Positions 1-8,986 of a stretch of 64,000 nucleotides of DNA are shown here, in pieces; position 1 is the first letter of the stretch; each line of letters starts with the position of its first letter. Source of the stretch: Candidatus Gastranaerophilales bacterium (lineage in GTDB: Bacteria > Cyanobacteriota > Vampirovibrionia > Gastranaerophilales > Gastranaerophilaceae). Position numbers and translations under genes: made by a program. The notes under the pieces were generated by a model, which did no database searches, was not told where the DNA came from, and saw nothing but the letters and a program-made list of their open reading frames with translations. The stretch covers positions 129,988 through 193,987 of the forward strand of contig CALUUI010000003.1 of the NCBI GenBank assembly GCA_944323925.1. Reading direction: 5' to 3'.

Positions 1-1
1 T

Positions 2-235
2 GAAGATTACAAAGATATTTCTGATAACTATGATCAGAAAATTATTCTCAATGAAGTTATTGAAAAATTACCAGAGGATTTAAAAGAACTTATTTATCTC
101 TATTACCATGAAGATATGACACAAAAACAAATTGCTACAAAGCTAGGTGTATCATCTATGATGATTTCAAGAAAATTAAGAAAAGCCTTTGATATGTTAT
201 ATGAGTTTATAACTGAGAGACAAGGAAGTTTTTAA
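2..235 (+). CDS. RNA polymerase sigma factor, C-terminal fragment (sigma-70 family region 4; gene starts left of the window)
   Basis: An open frame enters from the left edge and stops at TAA 233-235. The translation LPEDLKELIYLYYHEDMTQKQIATKLGVSSMMISRKLRKAF matches the region 4.2 HTH of group-3 type (SigF/SigB/FliA-like) sigmas. Confidence 0.7.
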   Translation, partial: EDYKDISDNYDQKIILNEVIEKLPEDLKELIYLYYHEDMTQKQIATKLGVSSMMISRKLRKAFDMLYEFITERQGSF

Positions 236-1200
236 TGCTTAGTATTGTCTGGCTTCCTATTTTGTTTGTTTTTATTGTTGGTTTATGTTTTGGCAGTTTT
301 TATAATGTTGTCATATTAAGAGGATTGAGTGGGGAGAGTATCGTTTTCCCTGGATCTAAATGCCCTAAATGTGGTAATCCTTTAAAATGGTATCATAATA
401 TTCCACTTCTTTCATATGTGTTTCTTAGAGGGAAATGTGCGTATTGTAGAACAAGAATAAGTATTCAATATTCTATAGTTGAATTTATTACTGCAATTTT
501 ATTCATTATTTCATATTTAAGGTGGGGTTTTTCTCTACAAGTTTTATTTATGCTCTCAATATTATCTTTGTTTTTAATAACAATTGTAACGGATCTTAAA
601 GAGCGTGTTATAATTACATCACACTCATATATATTATGTGGGTTAGGTTTGTTACTTTCTTTGGTTGCTACATTTTATCCGCAAATATTGGATTTTAATA
701 TAAATAAAATTTATATGTTTTGCCCGATTCTTTCTTCGGTATCAGGATTAATTGCAGGTGCTGCAGTAATGGAAATTATGGCAAGGTTAGGATATTTGGT
801 TGCAGGTAAAAGAGCTTTTGGTGAAGGTGATTCTTATATTGCAGCTGCTTTAGGAGCTATTTTAGGTATAAAGTATATTTTAATAGTTTTGATTTTAGCC
901 GGGATTATACAATTCTTAGTTTCTTTACCTCTATTTTTATTTAATACTTATAGACAAGGTAAAAAGTTTGTTGCTGTTGAATTGGTGTTATTTTTAACTC
1001 TTGCTGTTTTGTTGTTTTTGTATTCTATTAAACTTGATAAAATTGTTTATTTTTCTGGTCTTATATTGCTTGTTCTGATGGCTATGCATTTAATTAGAAA
1101 TATTATTTCTGGCATGAAAACTTCTAATAACAATACATATTTACCCTTTGTTCCAGCTATGAATATTGCTGCAATTATTATTATGTTTATTATTTTTTAA
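235..1200 (+). CDS. pilD: Prepilin peptidase / N-methyltransferase (peptidase A24)
   Basis: It has an N-terminal Cys4 motif (CPKCG...CAYC), is polytopic, and carries the two catalytic Asp motifs (VTDLKE and GEGDSYIAAALGA). Its ATG overlaps the upstream stop (TAATG). Confidence 0.9.
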   Translation: MLSIVWLPILFVFIVGLCFGSFYNVVILRGLSGESIVFPGSKCPKCGNPLKWYHNIPLLSYVFLRGKCAYCRTRISIQYSIVEFITAILFIISYLRWGFSLQVLFMLSILSLFLITIVTDLKERVIITSHSYILCGLGLLLSLVATFYPQILDFNINKIYMFCPILSSVSGLIAGAAVMEIMARLGYLVAGKRAFGEGDSYIAAALGAILGIKYILIVLILAGIIQFLVSLPLFLFNTYRQGKKFVAVELVLFLTLAVLLFLYSIKLDKIVYFSGLILLVLMAMHLIRNIISGMKTSNNNTYLPFVPAMNIAAIIIMFIIF

Positions 1201-1420
1201 TTTGTAACTTTTTGTAAAAATATTCTTGTTTTCACTAAAGAAAAAAGATTTTGGGTCGTAAATTATTTTATATTGTAAGTTTTTTATTATTGTATGGTTA
1301 ATTATTATTTTATGTTTACAAAACTTAATAAAAAATAAAAAACATGTTATAAAAATAAAAAATTTGCCCATATAAATATTATCACAATAAGATGTGACAA
1401 AATAATAAAGAGAGGTGACA

Positions 1421-2596
1421 ATGAAACGACAGAATGGATTTACATTAGTAGAAATACTCATCTCATTAGCCCTAATAGGTGTATTAAGTGTAGTAGCAAT
1501 TAATACACTTAGAACGAGAGATATGAGCGAAGAATTCACAGCAAAACGCGACAAAGCAGTAATGAACATTGAAGGCGTAGTTCACGAAGCAATGCTTAAT
1601 AATCATTTAGAGGAAATTATATCCCTAAATGACGTTAATACTGCTTTAACTAATAAGATATATGCAGGAACAGTAAATGGCGCATCAATAATGCGAGATG
1701 GAACAGCATATAGTTTAGTAGCAAGAGAAGGTGACGACAATTATGTAGCCGAATTATTGATTGATGTAAATGGTAATATTGCTCCAAACCTTGAAGGACA
1801 AGATATTTATAATTTTCTTTTAAATAGAAAAGGTAATTTAATATTGGCATCCAATGCGGGAAATGGATCACCAGCGCCTAAAGAGGATGATATACCGACA
1901 ATAGATAATCCAATTATTCCAATGCCAAATCCTAAGCCGGTGCCCCCATCTCCGCCTAACCCATATCCGAAACCGGATTTACCTTGGATAGACCCAACTC
2001 CAGATAATCCGGATCCAACACCAGAGCCGGAACCGACACCAGAGCCAACTCCAACACCAGAGCCAACTCCAACACCAGAGCCAACTCCAACACCAGAGCC
2101 AACTCCAACACCAGAGCCGACTCCAACCCCAGAGCCAACTCCAACACCAGAGCCAACTCCAACACCAGAGCCGACTCCAACTCCAGAACCGGAACCGACA
2201 CCAGAGCCGACTCCAACACCTGATCCTGAACCAACTCCAGAACCGGAACCGACCCCAGAGCCGACTCCAACACCTGATCCTGAACCAACACCAGAGCCGA
2301 CTCCGACCCCAGAGCCGACTCCAACTCCAGATCCTGAACCGACACCTGTACCAGACCCAACTCCAGTTCCGGATCCAACACCGACACCTGATCCGACTCC
2401 AACACCGAATAATCCAAAACCAAATAATCCATCAGGTGGGGGTGGTACTGGAAATTATTTGCCAAGTGACTATGATGATTCTGATAGTCAGCCAAATGGT
2501 TGGTGGTACAATCAATCGAAAAATCAAGGCGTTGGCGTTCCAGATAAAAATAAGACTCCAAATTCTGGAAATGATCACGCAGAAAATTTCCATTAA
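1421..2596 (+). CDS. Type IV pilin-like protein with a long Pro/Thr/Glu repeat tract
   Basis: It has a class III signal, MKRQNG|[21 protein letters not shown] (G-F cleavage site, Glu at +5). An RBS GAGAGG sits 5 nt upstream of ATG 1421; the ORF track starts at GTG 1415. The C-terminal half is a (PEPTPT)n tract. Confidence 0.8.
   Translation: MKRQNGFTLVEILISLALIGVLSVVAINTLRTRDMSEEFTAKRDKAVMNIEGVVHEAMLNNHLEEIISLNDVNTALTNKIYAGTVNGASIMRDGTAYSLVAREGDDNYVAELLIDVNGNIAPNLEGQDIYNFLLNRKGNLILASNAGNGSPAPKEDDIPTIDNPIIPMPNPKPVPPSPPNPYPKPDLPWIDPTPDNPDPTPEPEPTPEPTPTPEPTPTPEPTPTPEPTPTPEPTPTPEPTPTPEPTPTPEPTPTPEPEPTPEPTPTPDPEPTPEPEPTPEPTPTPDPEPTPEPTPTPEPTPTPDPEPTPVPDPTPVPDPTPTPDPTPTPNNPKPNNPSGGGGTGNYLPSDYDDSDSQPNGWWYNQSKNQGVGVPDKNKTPNSGNDHAENFH
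2021..2398 (+). repeat. In-frame tandem 18-bp repeat array (about 21 units, consensus CCAGAGCCAACTCCAACA = PEPTPT) inside the pilin-like CDS
   Basis: There are four perfect copies at 2039-2110, followed by progressively diverged copies ([18 protein letters not shown]). The array is a local GC-rich island in an AT-rich genome. Confidence 0.9.
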
Positions 2597-2603
2597 TAAG
2601 AAT

Positions 2604-2637
2604 AAAAAAGGAAGTGATATTGCATCACTTCCTTTTT
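2604..2637. terminator. Bidirectional intrinsic terminator between convergent genes
   Basis: The stem GGAAGTGAT (2610-2618) pairs with ATCACTTCC (2624-2632) around a 5-nt loop. It is flanked by an A-run and a T-run. Confidence 0.75.
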
Positions 2638-2646
2638 CTCTTTTGC

Positions 2647-2964
2647 TTAATTAATTAAGCCTTTTTCATTTTGTTTTATAAATTCGCATTCTGCTTCAAG
2701 TCGTTTGTCTTCCATACCTTTAATGAATTGTTCTATATCTTTTATTTTACCTAATTCAAACCCTGTTTCTATTAATAAAACACAATCATTACATAGTCTA
2801 TATTCATTATATTGAATGGATCCTGCAAGACATTTATAACCGCCACAAGCATCACAAACAAAAAAATCATTTATAATATCGGGGTTTTCTTCTATATCAT
2901 CCAGTCGCATTTGCTCGGCTACTTGCTGCATTTCTGCTACAATTTCTTCTTGGCTTCTATCCAT
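2647..2964 (-). CDS. Small Cys-rich (zinc-ribbon-like) protein of unknown function
   Basis: The 105-aa ORF has a CDAC...C...CNDC arrangement. Its start overlaps the pdxJ stop (TAATG on the minus strand), so the two are translationally coupled. Confidence 0.55.
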   Translation of the reverse strand: MDRSQEEIVAEMQQVAEQMRLDDIEENPDIINDFFVCDACGGYKCLAGSIQYNEYRLCNDCVLLIETGFELGKIKDIEQFIKGMEDKRLEAECEFIKQNEKGLIN

Positions 2965-3674
2965 TATTTTATTAACTCCTTCATTTCTGTTACGGCTTGT
3001 TTTAGTCCTATAAACACTGCACGGGAAATAATACTGTGTCCGATATTTAACTCATATAAATTAGGAATTTCTTTCATTCTTTTTACGTTTTGATAGTTTA
3101 ACCCGTGACCTGCGTTAACTTTTAAACCTAAATTTTGAGCAAAGACAGCGGCTCCTTTTAAATCTTCAAAAGTTTTTTGTTCATTTTCTCCGCCGAATTC
3201 TTCTGAATACCTGCCAGTGTGGAGTTCTATGAATTGTGCGCCTGTTTTTGATGCTGCGGATACTTGTGATATATCAGGGTCTATAAAGAAACTTACTTCT
3301 ATTCCTGCGGCAAGTAATGGTTTTACAAATTCACAAGCTCTGTCCAATTGACCATATACATTTAGACCGCCTTCTGTTGTTAGTTCTTGTCTTTTTTCAG
3401 GTACTATACAGACTGAGTGCGGCAGTATTCTTAAAGCTATTTGTTGCATTTCATCTGTCATTGCCATCTCTAAGTTTAATACAGTATTTGGCAGCTTGCT
3501 TATTAACTCTACGTCCATATCATTTATGTGTCTTCGGTCTTCTCTTAAATGTGTTGTTATACTGTTTGCGCCGCATTCATTACATATTCTTGCAGCTCTT
3601 ATTACATCCGGCTCTACTCCGCCTCTTGCGTTTCTTAATGTTGCAACGTGATCTATATTTACTCCTAGTAACAT
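2964..3674 (-). CDS. pdxJ: Pyridoxine 5-phosphate synthase
   Basis: It begins MLLGVNIDHVATLRNARGG and aligns full length with PdxJ. An RBS GGAG lies upstream. Confidence 0.95.
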   Translation of the reverse strand: MLLGVNIDHVATLRNARGGVEPDVIRAARICNECGANSITTHLREDRRHINDMDVELISKLPNTVLNLEMAMTDEMQQIALRILPHSVCIVPEKRQELTTEGGLNVYGQLDRACEFVKPLLAAGIEVSFFIDPDISQVSAASKTGAQFIELHTGRYSEEFGGENEQKTFEDLKGAAVFAQNLGLKVNAGHGLNYQNVKRMKEIPNLYELNIGHSIISRAVFIGLKQAVTEMKELIK

Positions 3675-3685
3675 TGTTAATTCTC

Positions 3686-4999
3686 CTATAGTTTCTTCCA
3701 GATTTTATTTAGCTCAAGTAGTGCTGTATAAGTTGGAAGGATTGTAATATTATTTTCTGAAATATTCAACGTGTAGTCAATAGCGCTTTTAATATCAGGA
3801 ATTACTGTAATTTTTTCTTGTGAAAATCCTGTATATTTTAATCTGACAGCCATATCTTCTGCTCTTATTCCAGACACTACTATCTGTTTTTCTACGTCTT
3901 TAAATCTCTCAAAATCCGCATCCCATAACCATGAAACATCTCTCCCGTCTGCATAGTTATCGTTTATTATAATTAAAATGTTTGAATTTTTATCAACACT
4001 TTTTATTACTTCGCTTGCTCCTGTTGGATTTTTTATTAGTTGGATTAAAATCTTATGTCCATTAACCTCTCTAACTTCACTTCTGCCAAAGGTCGTTTTA
4101 AAACTCTCAAGCCCTTTATTAATGTTTTTAATCCCGATTGTTTTAAGTAAAGCGATTGCGCCAAGCGCATTGTAAGCATTAAATAAGCCAACCAGAGGTA
4201 TTTTGTATTCATCATCGCCTAATTTTATAAGAGAGTAATCTTTTTCAAGAACTACATCTGCTTCAAAATCAGGCGTTGGACGTTTATAGCCGCAATCACA
4301 GTAATAATGCCCCTGTTGTGCATAGAATTTTTTTGTATATTTTAGCTGTTTACCGCAGGGACAGTTAAAGATTTCCTCCGGGGTCGTTGTTGAGGTTTTG
4401 CCGCTGTTATCGGTTATTGTATTAATTCCATAATATATTGCTTTTTTGTTTTTACTTTGTAAACTTGCAACAAGCGGGTCGTCAGCGTTTAAAATAAGCT
4501 GAATATCTTCTAATTTATTTATACCCTCTTGGATTTTTTGCTTGGTTGTATCAAGTTCACCATAACGGTCTAGTTGATCTCTAAATAGGTTTGTTACCAG
4601 CAAATAGTCGGATTTTATATACTCGTGTATCTTCACTAAATATGCTTCATCGGATTCAATCACGCAGTTGTCATAATTAGTATTAGGCAAAATTCCTAGT
4701 GCAAAAGCATTAGTTATACCTGTTAACATATTTGCACCTTTTTTATTTGCTATAATCTTTCTTCCGTTCGTTTCGAGTATATGACTGATTATTCCGCAAG
4801 TCGTTGTTTTACCGTTTGTCCCTGTTACAGCTATTTTTTCACCTTTAATATATTTAGAGGCGGTTTCTAAAAAATTCGGATATAGCTTTAATACAACTTG
4901 TCCGATAAATGAAGTACCTTCTCCGGCTTTTGTTAGCTGTATTAGTTCATAAATTTTTTGAGCCAATCTTAGTGTTAATATGAACCTCAAATTATCCAT
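3686..4999 (-). CDS. murT: Lipid II isoglutaminyl synthase subunit MurT (Mur-ligase-like with DUF1727)
   Basis: It has the P-loop GTNGKTTT, the FRDQLDRYGE motif, the MurT-specific Cys4 ribbon CPCG...CDCG, and C-terminal DGRDVSWLWDADFE. The start is set at ATG 4999 (MDNLRF) rather than the track start at 5065. Confidence 0.85.
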   Translation of the reverse strand: MDNLRFILTLRLAQKIYELIQLTKAGEGTSFIGQVVLKLYPNFLETASKYIKGEKIAVTGTNGKTTTCGIISHILETNGRKIIANKKGANMLTGITNAFALGILPNTNYDNCVIESDEAYLVKIHEYIKSDYLLVTNLFRDQLDRYGELDTTKQKIQEGINKLEDIQLILNADDPLVASLQSKNKKAIYYGINTITDNSGKTSTTTPEEIFNCPCGKQLKYTKKFYAQQGHYYCDCGYKRPTPDFEADVVLEKDYSLIKLGDDEYKIPLVGLFNAYNALGAIALLKTIGIKNINKGLESFKTTFGRSEVREVNGHKILIQLIKNPTGASEVIKSVDKNSNILIIINDNYADGRDVSWLWDADFERFKDVEKQIVVSGIRAEDMAVRLKYTGFSQEKITVIPDIKSAIDYTLNISENNITILPTYTALLELNKIWKKL

Positions 5000-5076
5000 A
5001 AAAATATTCTCCCTAACGGTATTTATTTTTTTTGAAAAATAAAATATAATATCATGGTAATACAAAGAAGGATAAT

Positions 5077-5433
5077 ATGATACTGTTTTTATTCACAATC
5101 GTATTTTTAGCAGAGCTTGTTATTGCAGGTTTTATTATAATAAAACTTGTAGATATAGACTTATATATAATTGATATTGATGAAAAAATAAAAGCTCAAA
5201 GAAGCATAACAAAATATTCAATGTATTATCTAAAAGAGGTAACTGCTGCATATAAGGAATTGGTTGAGGTTACGTTTGAAAATTTTGATAAAAAATACAG
5301 TAGTTATAGTTTGAAAAATCTTAAATCAACAATAGTAGCATTATTAATGCTGCTTATACCAAAAACATATCGTCGGTTTATCAATTCTACAAAGTTGGGC
5401 TACAAGGTTGTTAGGTATTTATCAAATATATAA
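5077..5433 (+). CDS. Hypothetical membrane-anchored protein
   Basis: The 118-aa ORF has one N-terminal TM helix. I recognise no motif. Confidence 0.45.
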   Translation: MILFLFTIVFLAELVIAGFIIIKLVDIDLYIIDIDEKIKAQRSITKYSMYYLKEVTAAYKELVEVTFENFDKKYSSYSLKNLKSTIVALLMLLIPKTYRRFINSTKLGYKVVRYLSNI

Positions 5434-5474
5434 AATATGATATAATATAAGAATAAGGAAAAGAGGAAAATATT

Positions 5475-5786
5475 ATGAGTAAAGAAAAATCATCAATCGG
5501 ATTTGGAATGGGACTAATTGCAGGTGTTGTAGGCGGTCTGATTGCAGGTATTTTATATGCCCCTAAGCCAGGAGCTGAATCTCGCAGGATTCTAAAAGAA
5601 TCAATTTGTGAATTTATTGAAAAAAATTCACCGGCAGTGTCTGAAGCTAAGAAGAATGCTATTGAATCGGTTGATTTGTTAAGATATAAAATAGAGAGAC
5701 AATACAAAAGAATTAATGATAAGCTGAAATCTATGAGAATGAAAAAAGCTAAACAACTTGAAACTACTGATTATGATTTTAATTAG
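5475..5786 (+). CDS. YtxH-domain protein
   Basis: It has a Gly-rich TM segment followed by APKPGAESRRILKE, the YtxH signature, then a helical tail. An RBS AAGAGGA is present. Confidence 0.75.
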   Translation: MSKEKSSIGFGMGLIAGVVGGLIAGILYAPKPGAESRRILKESICEFIEKNSPAVSEAKKNAIESVDLLRYKIERQYKRINDKLKSMRMKKAKQLETTDYDFN

Positions 5787-5797
5787 AAAGGGAAAAT

Positions 5798-6166
5798 ATG
5801 GATTTACAGCTAGTTCACGGTTTGGTATTTTTAACTTGGTCAACTGCAATAATAATTATTCTTATAGGAATATTTGTTATAAAACTTCTTTTTGATGCAT
5901 CAAGGTTGACTAACACAGTAAACTCTACTGCTAAAATAGTTAGAGATGAGCTTGAACCGACATTAAAAAATGTTAATGAAACAGTAGAAATTGTTTCTTC
6001 AAGGGTAAAAGAGGCAAATGATATAGTAACAAATGTCGAGGGTAAAGTCAAAGAGGTAGCAAAACAAAGTAAAAAAATGATAGTCGCAATAGGCGGAGGT
6101 GTTTTTGCTGTTTCAAAACTTGCTTTTAAAGGGATATCAGCATTTGTTAAATCAAAAATAAAATAA
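5798..6166 (+). CDS. DUF948-like membrane protein
   Basis: It has an N-terminal TM helix and then heptad-like repeats (LTNTVNSTAKIVRDELEPTLKNVNETVEIV), as in YtxG/DUF948 proteins. Confidence 0.65.
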   Translation: MDLQLVHGLVFLTWSTAIIIILIGIFVIKLLFDASRLTNTVNSTAKIVRDELEPTLKNVNETVEIVSSRVKEANDIVTNVEGKVKEVAKQSKKMIVAIGGGVFAVSKLAFKGISAFVKSKIK

Positions 6167-6247
6167 TAAACATTTTATTTAGCCTTTTTGTTGAATTTAT
6201 TTAAAGAACAAGGAAATTATACTGTAGAAAAGAAAAGGAGATATATT

Positions 6248-6520
6248 ATGTCAGTAATGAAATTTTTTGCGGGATTTGCTGTAGGAGCAGCATTAGGTGC
6301 ATTGGCAGGAATTCTATTAGCTCCACAGTCTGGGGCTGAAACAAGAGAAATGCTTGGTGATGTTGCGTCGGATGTTGCTAGACGTACTGAAGATACAGTT
6401 AAAGATATTCAGAGAAAAGCCGATGATATCGTTTCTGATATGCAAGCTAAAGGCGAAGAAATGATTACTAAAATTCAGGATTTGATTAAGAAACAAAAAG
6501 ACGAATTAGCTCAAAACTAG
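6248..6520 (+). CDS. YtxH-domain protein (second copy)
   Basis: The sequence MSVMKFFAGFAVGAALGALAGILLAPQSGAETREML matches YtxH. An RBS AAAAGGAG precedes ATG 6248; the track start at 6188 is less likely. Confidence 0.75.
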   Translation: MSVMKFFAGFAVGAALGALAGILLAPQSGAETREMLGDVASDVARRTEDTVKDIQRKADDIVSDMQAKGEEMITKIQDLIKKQKDELAQN

Positions 6521-6544
6521 TTCTGAACTGATGTTTTGTCTGTT

Positions 6545-6576
6545 AAAAAGCGTACAAATCACTTGTACGCTTTTTT
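6545..6576 (+). terminator. Intrinsic terminator
   Basis: GCGTACAA (6550-6557) pairs with TTGTACGC (6563-6570), followed by T6. Confidence 0.8.
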
Positions 6577-6641
6577 ATATTTAAAAACTATTCACATTTA
6601 GTGAATAATAAGCTATAATTTAATATATATAGAGGGAACTT

Positions 6642-8297
6642 ATGGTTAATACAATTATAATAATGGCGGCTTTAATTTTAGCAGGTGGTGCTATTTACGT
6701 TTTGTATTCTTTGCTGCTTTATTCAGGTTCTAAAGATCCTCACGATGAATTACAATTAACTACTAAAAATATTATTGAACAAGTTGATGTTTTATATAAA
6801 AAAAAGGAATATGCGCTTTTAGAGTTATTTGCGACAAAATATCTTGAGAGAGTTCCCGGAAATTTTGCTGTTAGAGAGTATTTAGCAAAGTCCTATTATG
6901 AAACCAAGAAGATAAATAGGGCAATAAATGAATGTATTTTATTGCTAAAACACAATCCGCAAAATATAGAGGTGCGAAAAGTGCTTGGAGAGTGCTATGT
7001 CAAAAAAGAAATGTATATGGATGCTCTTACACAGTTTGAAATTTGTTACCAGCAAAATGAACAGCAACCTGATGTTGTAAAACGTCTTGCGGAACTTTAT
7101 AAACAAACAGATCAAGTTTATTCAGCAATAAATGCTTATAAACTATATACAGAAATGATAGAAGAAACTCCTGAACAGGCAGAAATTTATTCTATACTGG
7201 CAGATTTAAATGAAGCAGCAGGATATTATCCGGCTGCGTTTGAGGCATACAAACACAGATTAACTATTTATCCGACTGACTTTGATACAAACAAGAAGTT
7301 GGCAAATTTATATATTAAGATTAAAAACTTACCTAAAGCACTTGAGATTTTAGAGTATATGCTTACTTTTACTACTGATAACAGGCAAAAAATAGGTATA
7401 TACGATGGTGTTATTGAAATAAAAACTGAGTTAGAAGATTATGAAGGCGCTTTGGATTCGGCCAATCATTTATTGGAAATCCCTGGAGTTGATACATTTA
7501 AAACAAGAAATATTATTGCTTTATTACTTGTTAAACAGGGTAGAATGGAGGAGGGCATTCAAATATTGGAAGATTTGGTTATGCTTTCTCAAAATGCTTA
7601 TGATATTACAATGGAATTAGCTATGGCGTACAGGCAGCATAAGAATTTTCGTGCTGCGTTTGATAAATACAAAATTTTACTTGATGATGCTGATCAAAAA
7701 GAAGCAAAAGAAATTAGGGCTAAAATTTGTGAACTTTATATTGATTGGGCAATGTATAAAGAGCGTGGTAAAAAATTTGATGATACAGAAGCGCTTAAAT
7801 ATCTTACCAATGCTATGCAATATGATGCCTTAAATCCTAAAGTATATTATAATTTTGCGATGGTTAGTATGAAAAACGGAAATTATAATGATGCCGTTAT
7901 GTATCTTCAAAAAGCTATTGAATTTGAAAAAGATGAGACAGAAGCGTGTCAATATTATGTAAAATTATCTGAATGTCATCACCAATTAGGAAATGTTTTT
8001 GAGGAGAAAAAGGCATTGGCTGATTTATTGAGCATAGACGATGAAAATGCTGTTGGGCATATGAAAATGGGTATTTTGTATCACTCGCAGCAAGATATTA
8101 AAAATGCTGAGGATTCTTTATTAAAAGCAATTTCATTAGATGATACGCTTGTTGATGCAAAGTATTATCTTGCTCTTATTTATGAAACTCATGATAAAGA
8201 GAAAGCTAATAAACTTTATCAAGAAATACTTGAACAAGACCCGACTTATAAGAATGCAAGATTGGCTCTTACTGAAATTTCCGTTCAGGACAACTAA
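6642..8297 (+). CDS. Membrane-anchored tetratricopeptide-repeat protein
   Basis: It has an N-terminal TM helix and multiple 34-aa TPR-like units (A..Y...L..DP....A...LA). Confidence 0.75.
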   Translation: MVNTIIIMAALILAGGAIYVLYSLLLYSGSKDPHDELQLTTKNIIEQVDVLYKKKEYALLELFATKYLERVPGNFAVREYLAKSYYETKKINRAINECILLLKHNPQNIEVRKVLGECYVKKEMYMDALTQFEICYQQNEQQPDVVKRLAELYKQTDQVYSAINAYKLYTEMIEETPEQAEIYSILADLNEAAGYYPAAFEAYKHRLTIYPTDFDTNKKLANLYIKIKNLPKALEILEYMLTFTTDNRQKIGIYDGVIEIKTELEDYEGALDSANHLLEIPGVDTFKTRNIIALLLVKQGRMEEGIQILEDLVMLSQNAYDITMELAMAYRQHKNFRAAFDKYKILLDDADQKEAKEIRAKICELYIDWAMYKERGKKFDDTEALKYLTNAMQYDALNPKVYYNFAMVSMKNGNYNDAVMYLQKAIEFEKDETEACQYYVKLSECHHQLGNVFEEKKALADLLSIDDENAVGHMKMGILYHSQQDIKNAEDSLLKAISLDDTLVDAKYYLALIYETHDKEKANKLYQEILEQDPTYKNARLALTEISVQDN

Positions 8298-8986
8298 TTA
8301 TTCTCTATAACAATATAAATAGGATTATATGTAAGTTTGATTTTGCCGTATCTTTCTATGTATTTATTTTCTAGCTCTTTTAGTTTTCCCTTAGTTAATG
8401 TGTAATTTTTTATTGCATTTACTCCGGTTAGTTTTATATGTGTTAAAAGTTCTTTTAGTGTTTTAAATTCTACTTCTATTGTTTCTTCTTTTATGATGTT
8501 TTTAAATTTTGGATATTCTATTCCAATGTTAAATATTTCTTTTAACTCGTAAAAATTTTTTTGTCCAAAACTGGTAAGAGCTATTATTCCGTCTGTGGAT
8601 AAGTGGTCAGATATTTTTTTTAATATTTCTGTTGGGGATTTGAACCATTGAAATACTGCATTTGATATAATTAGGTCATATTTTTCTTCAAGTTTTAGTG
8701 TTTGGAAATCTCCACAAAGAAATTTTATACTGTTATCGTATTTTAAAATATACTTTTCACACTCTTTTATAATGTCATTAGCAGTATATTTAACATATTT
8801 AAGTTGATTAGTACACTCTTTTGTTAAAAAACCGCTACCGCAGCCTATTTCAAGAATAGACTCATAGGGCTTATTTGAATCAATCATAGAGATTAAATTT
8901 TTAGCCATTTGTTTTTGTATCGGGGCATTATCTTCGTAGGTCGCCAGGCTTTTTTTAAATCTTGCTAAAACTAAATTTTCCGTCAT
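8294..8986 (-). CDS. bioC: Malonyl-ACP O-methyltransferase
   Basis: It has the SAM motif ILEIGCGSGFLT and the N-terminal F.KSLATYEDNAPIQKQMA typical of BioC. Its ATG overlaps the bioG stop (ATGA). Confidence 0.8.
   Translation of the reverse strand: MTENLVLARFKKSLATYEDNAPIQKQMAKNLISMIDSNKPYESILEIGCGSGFLTKECTNQLKYVKYTANDIIKECEKYILKYDNSIKFLCGDFQTLKLEEKYDLIISNAVFQWFKSPTEILKKISDHLSTDGIIALTSFGQKNFYELKEIFNIGIEYPKFKNIIKEETIEVEFKTLKELLTHIKLTGVNAIKNYTLTKGKLKELENKYIERYGKIKLTYNPIYIVIENN

Noticed and set aside
2021-2398. The tandem repeats could be a CRISPR array or a non-coding satellite.
   Set aside because: The units are 18 bp with no spacers, are perfectly in frame, and are embedded in a continuous ORF that has a pilin signal sequence.
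1956-2561. A 201-aa minus-strand ORF lies opposite the pilin repeat tract.
   Set aside because: It is the mirror image of the PEPTPT repeat (it reads as LELALV repeats). It has no RBS and lies wholly inside a well-supported + strand gene. It is a compositional artefact.
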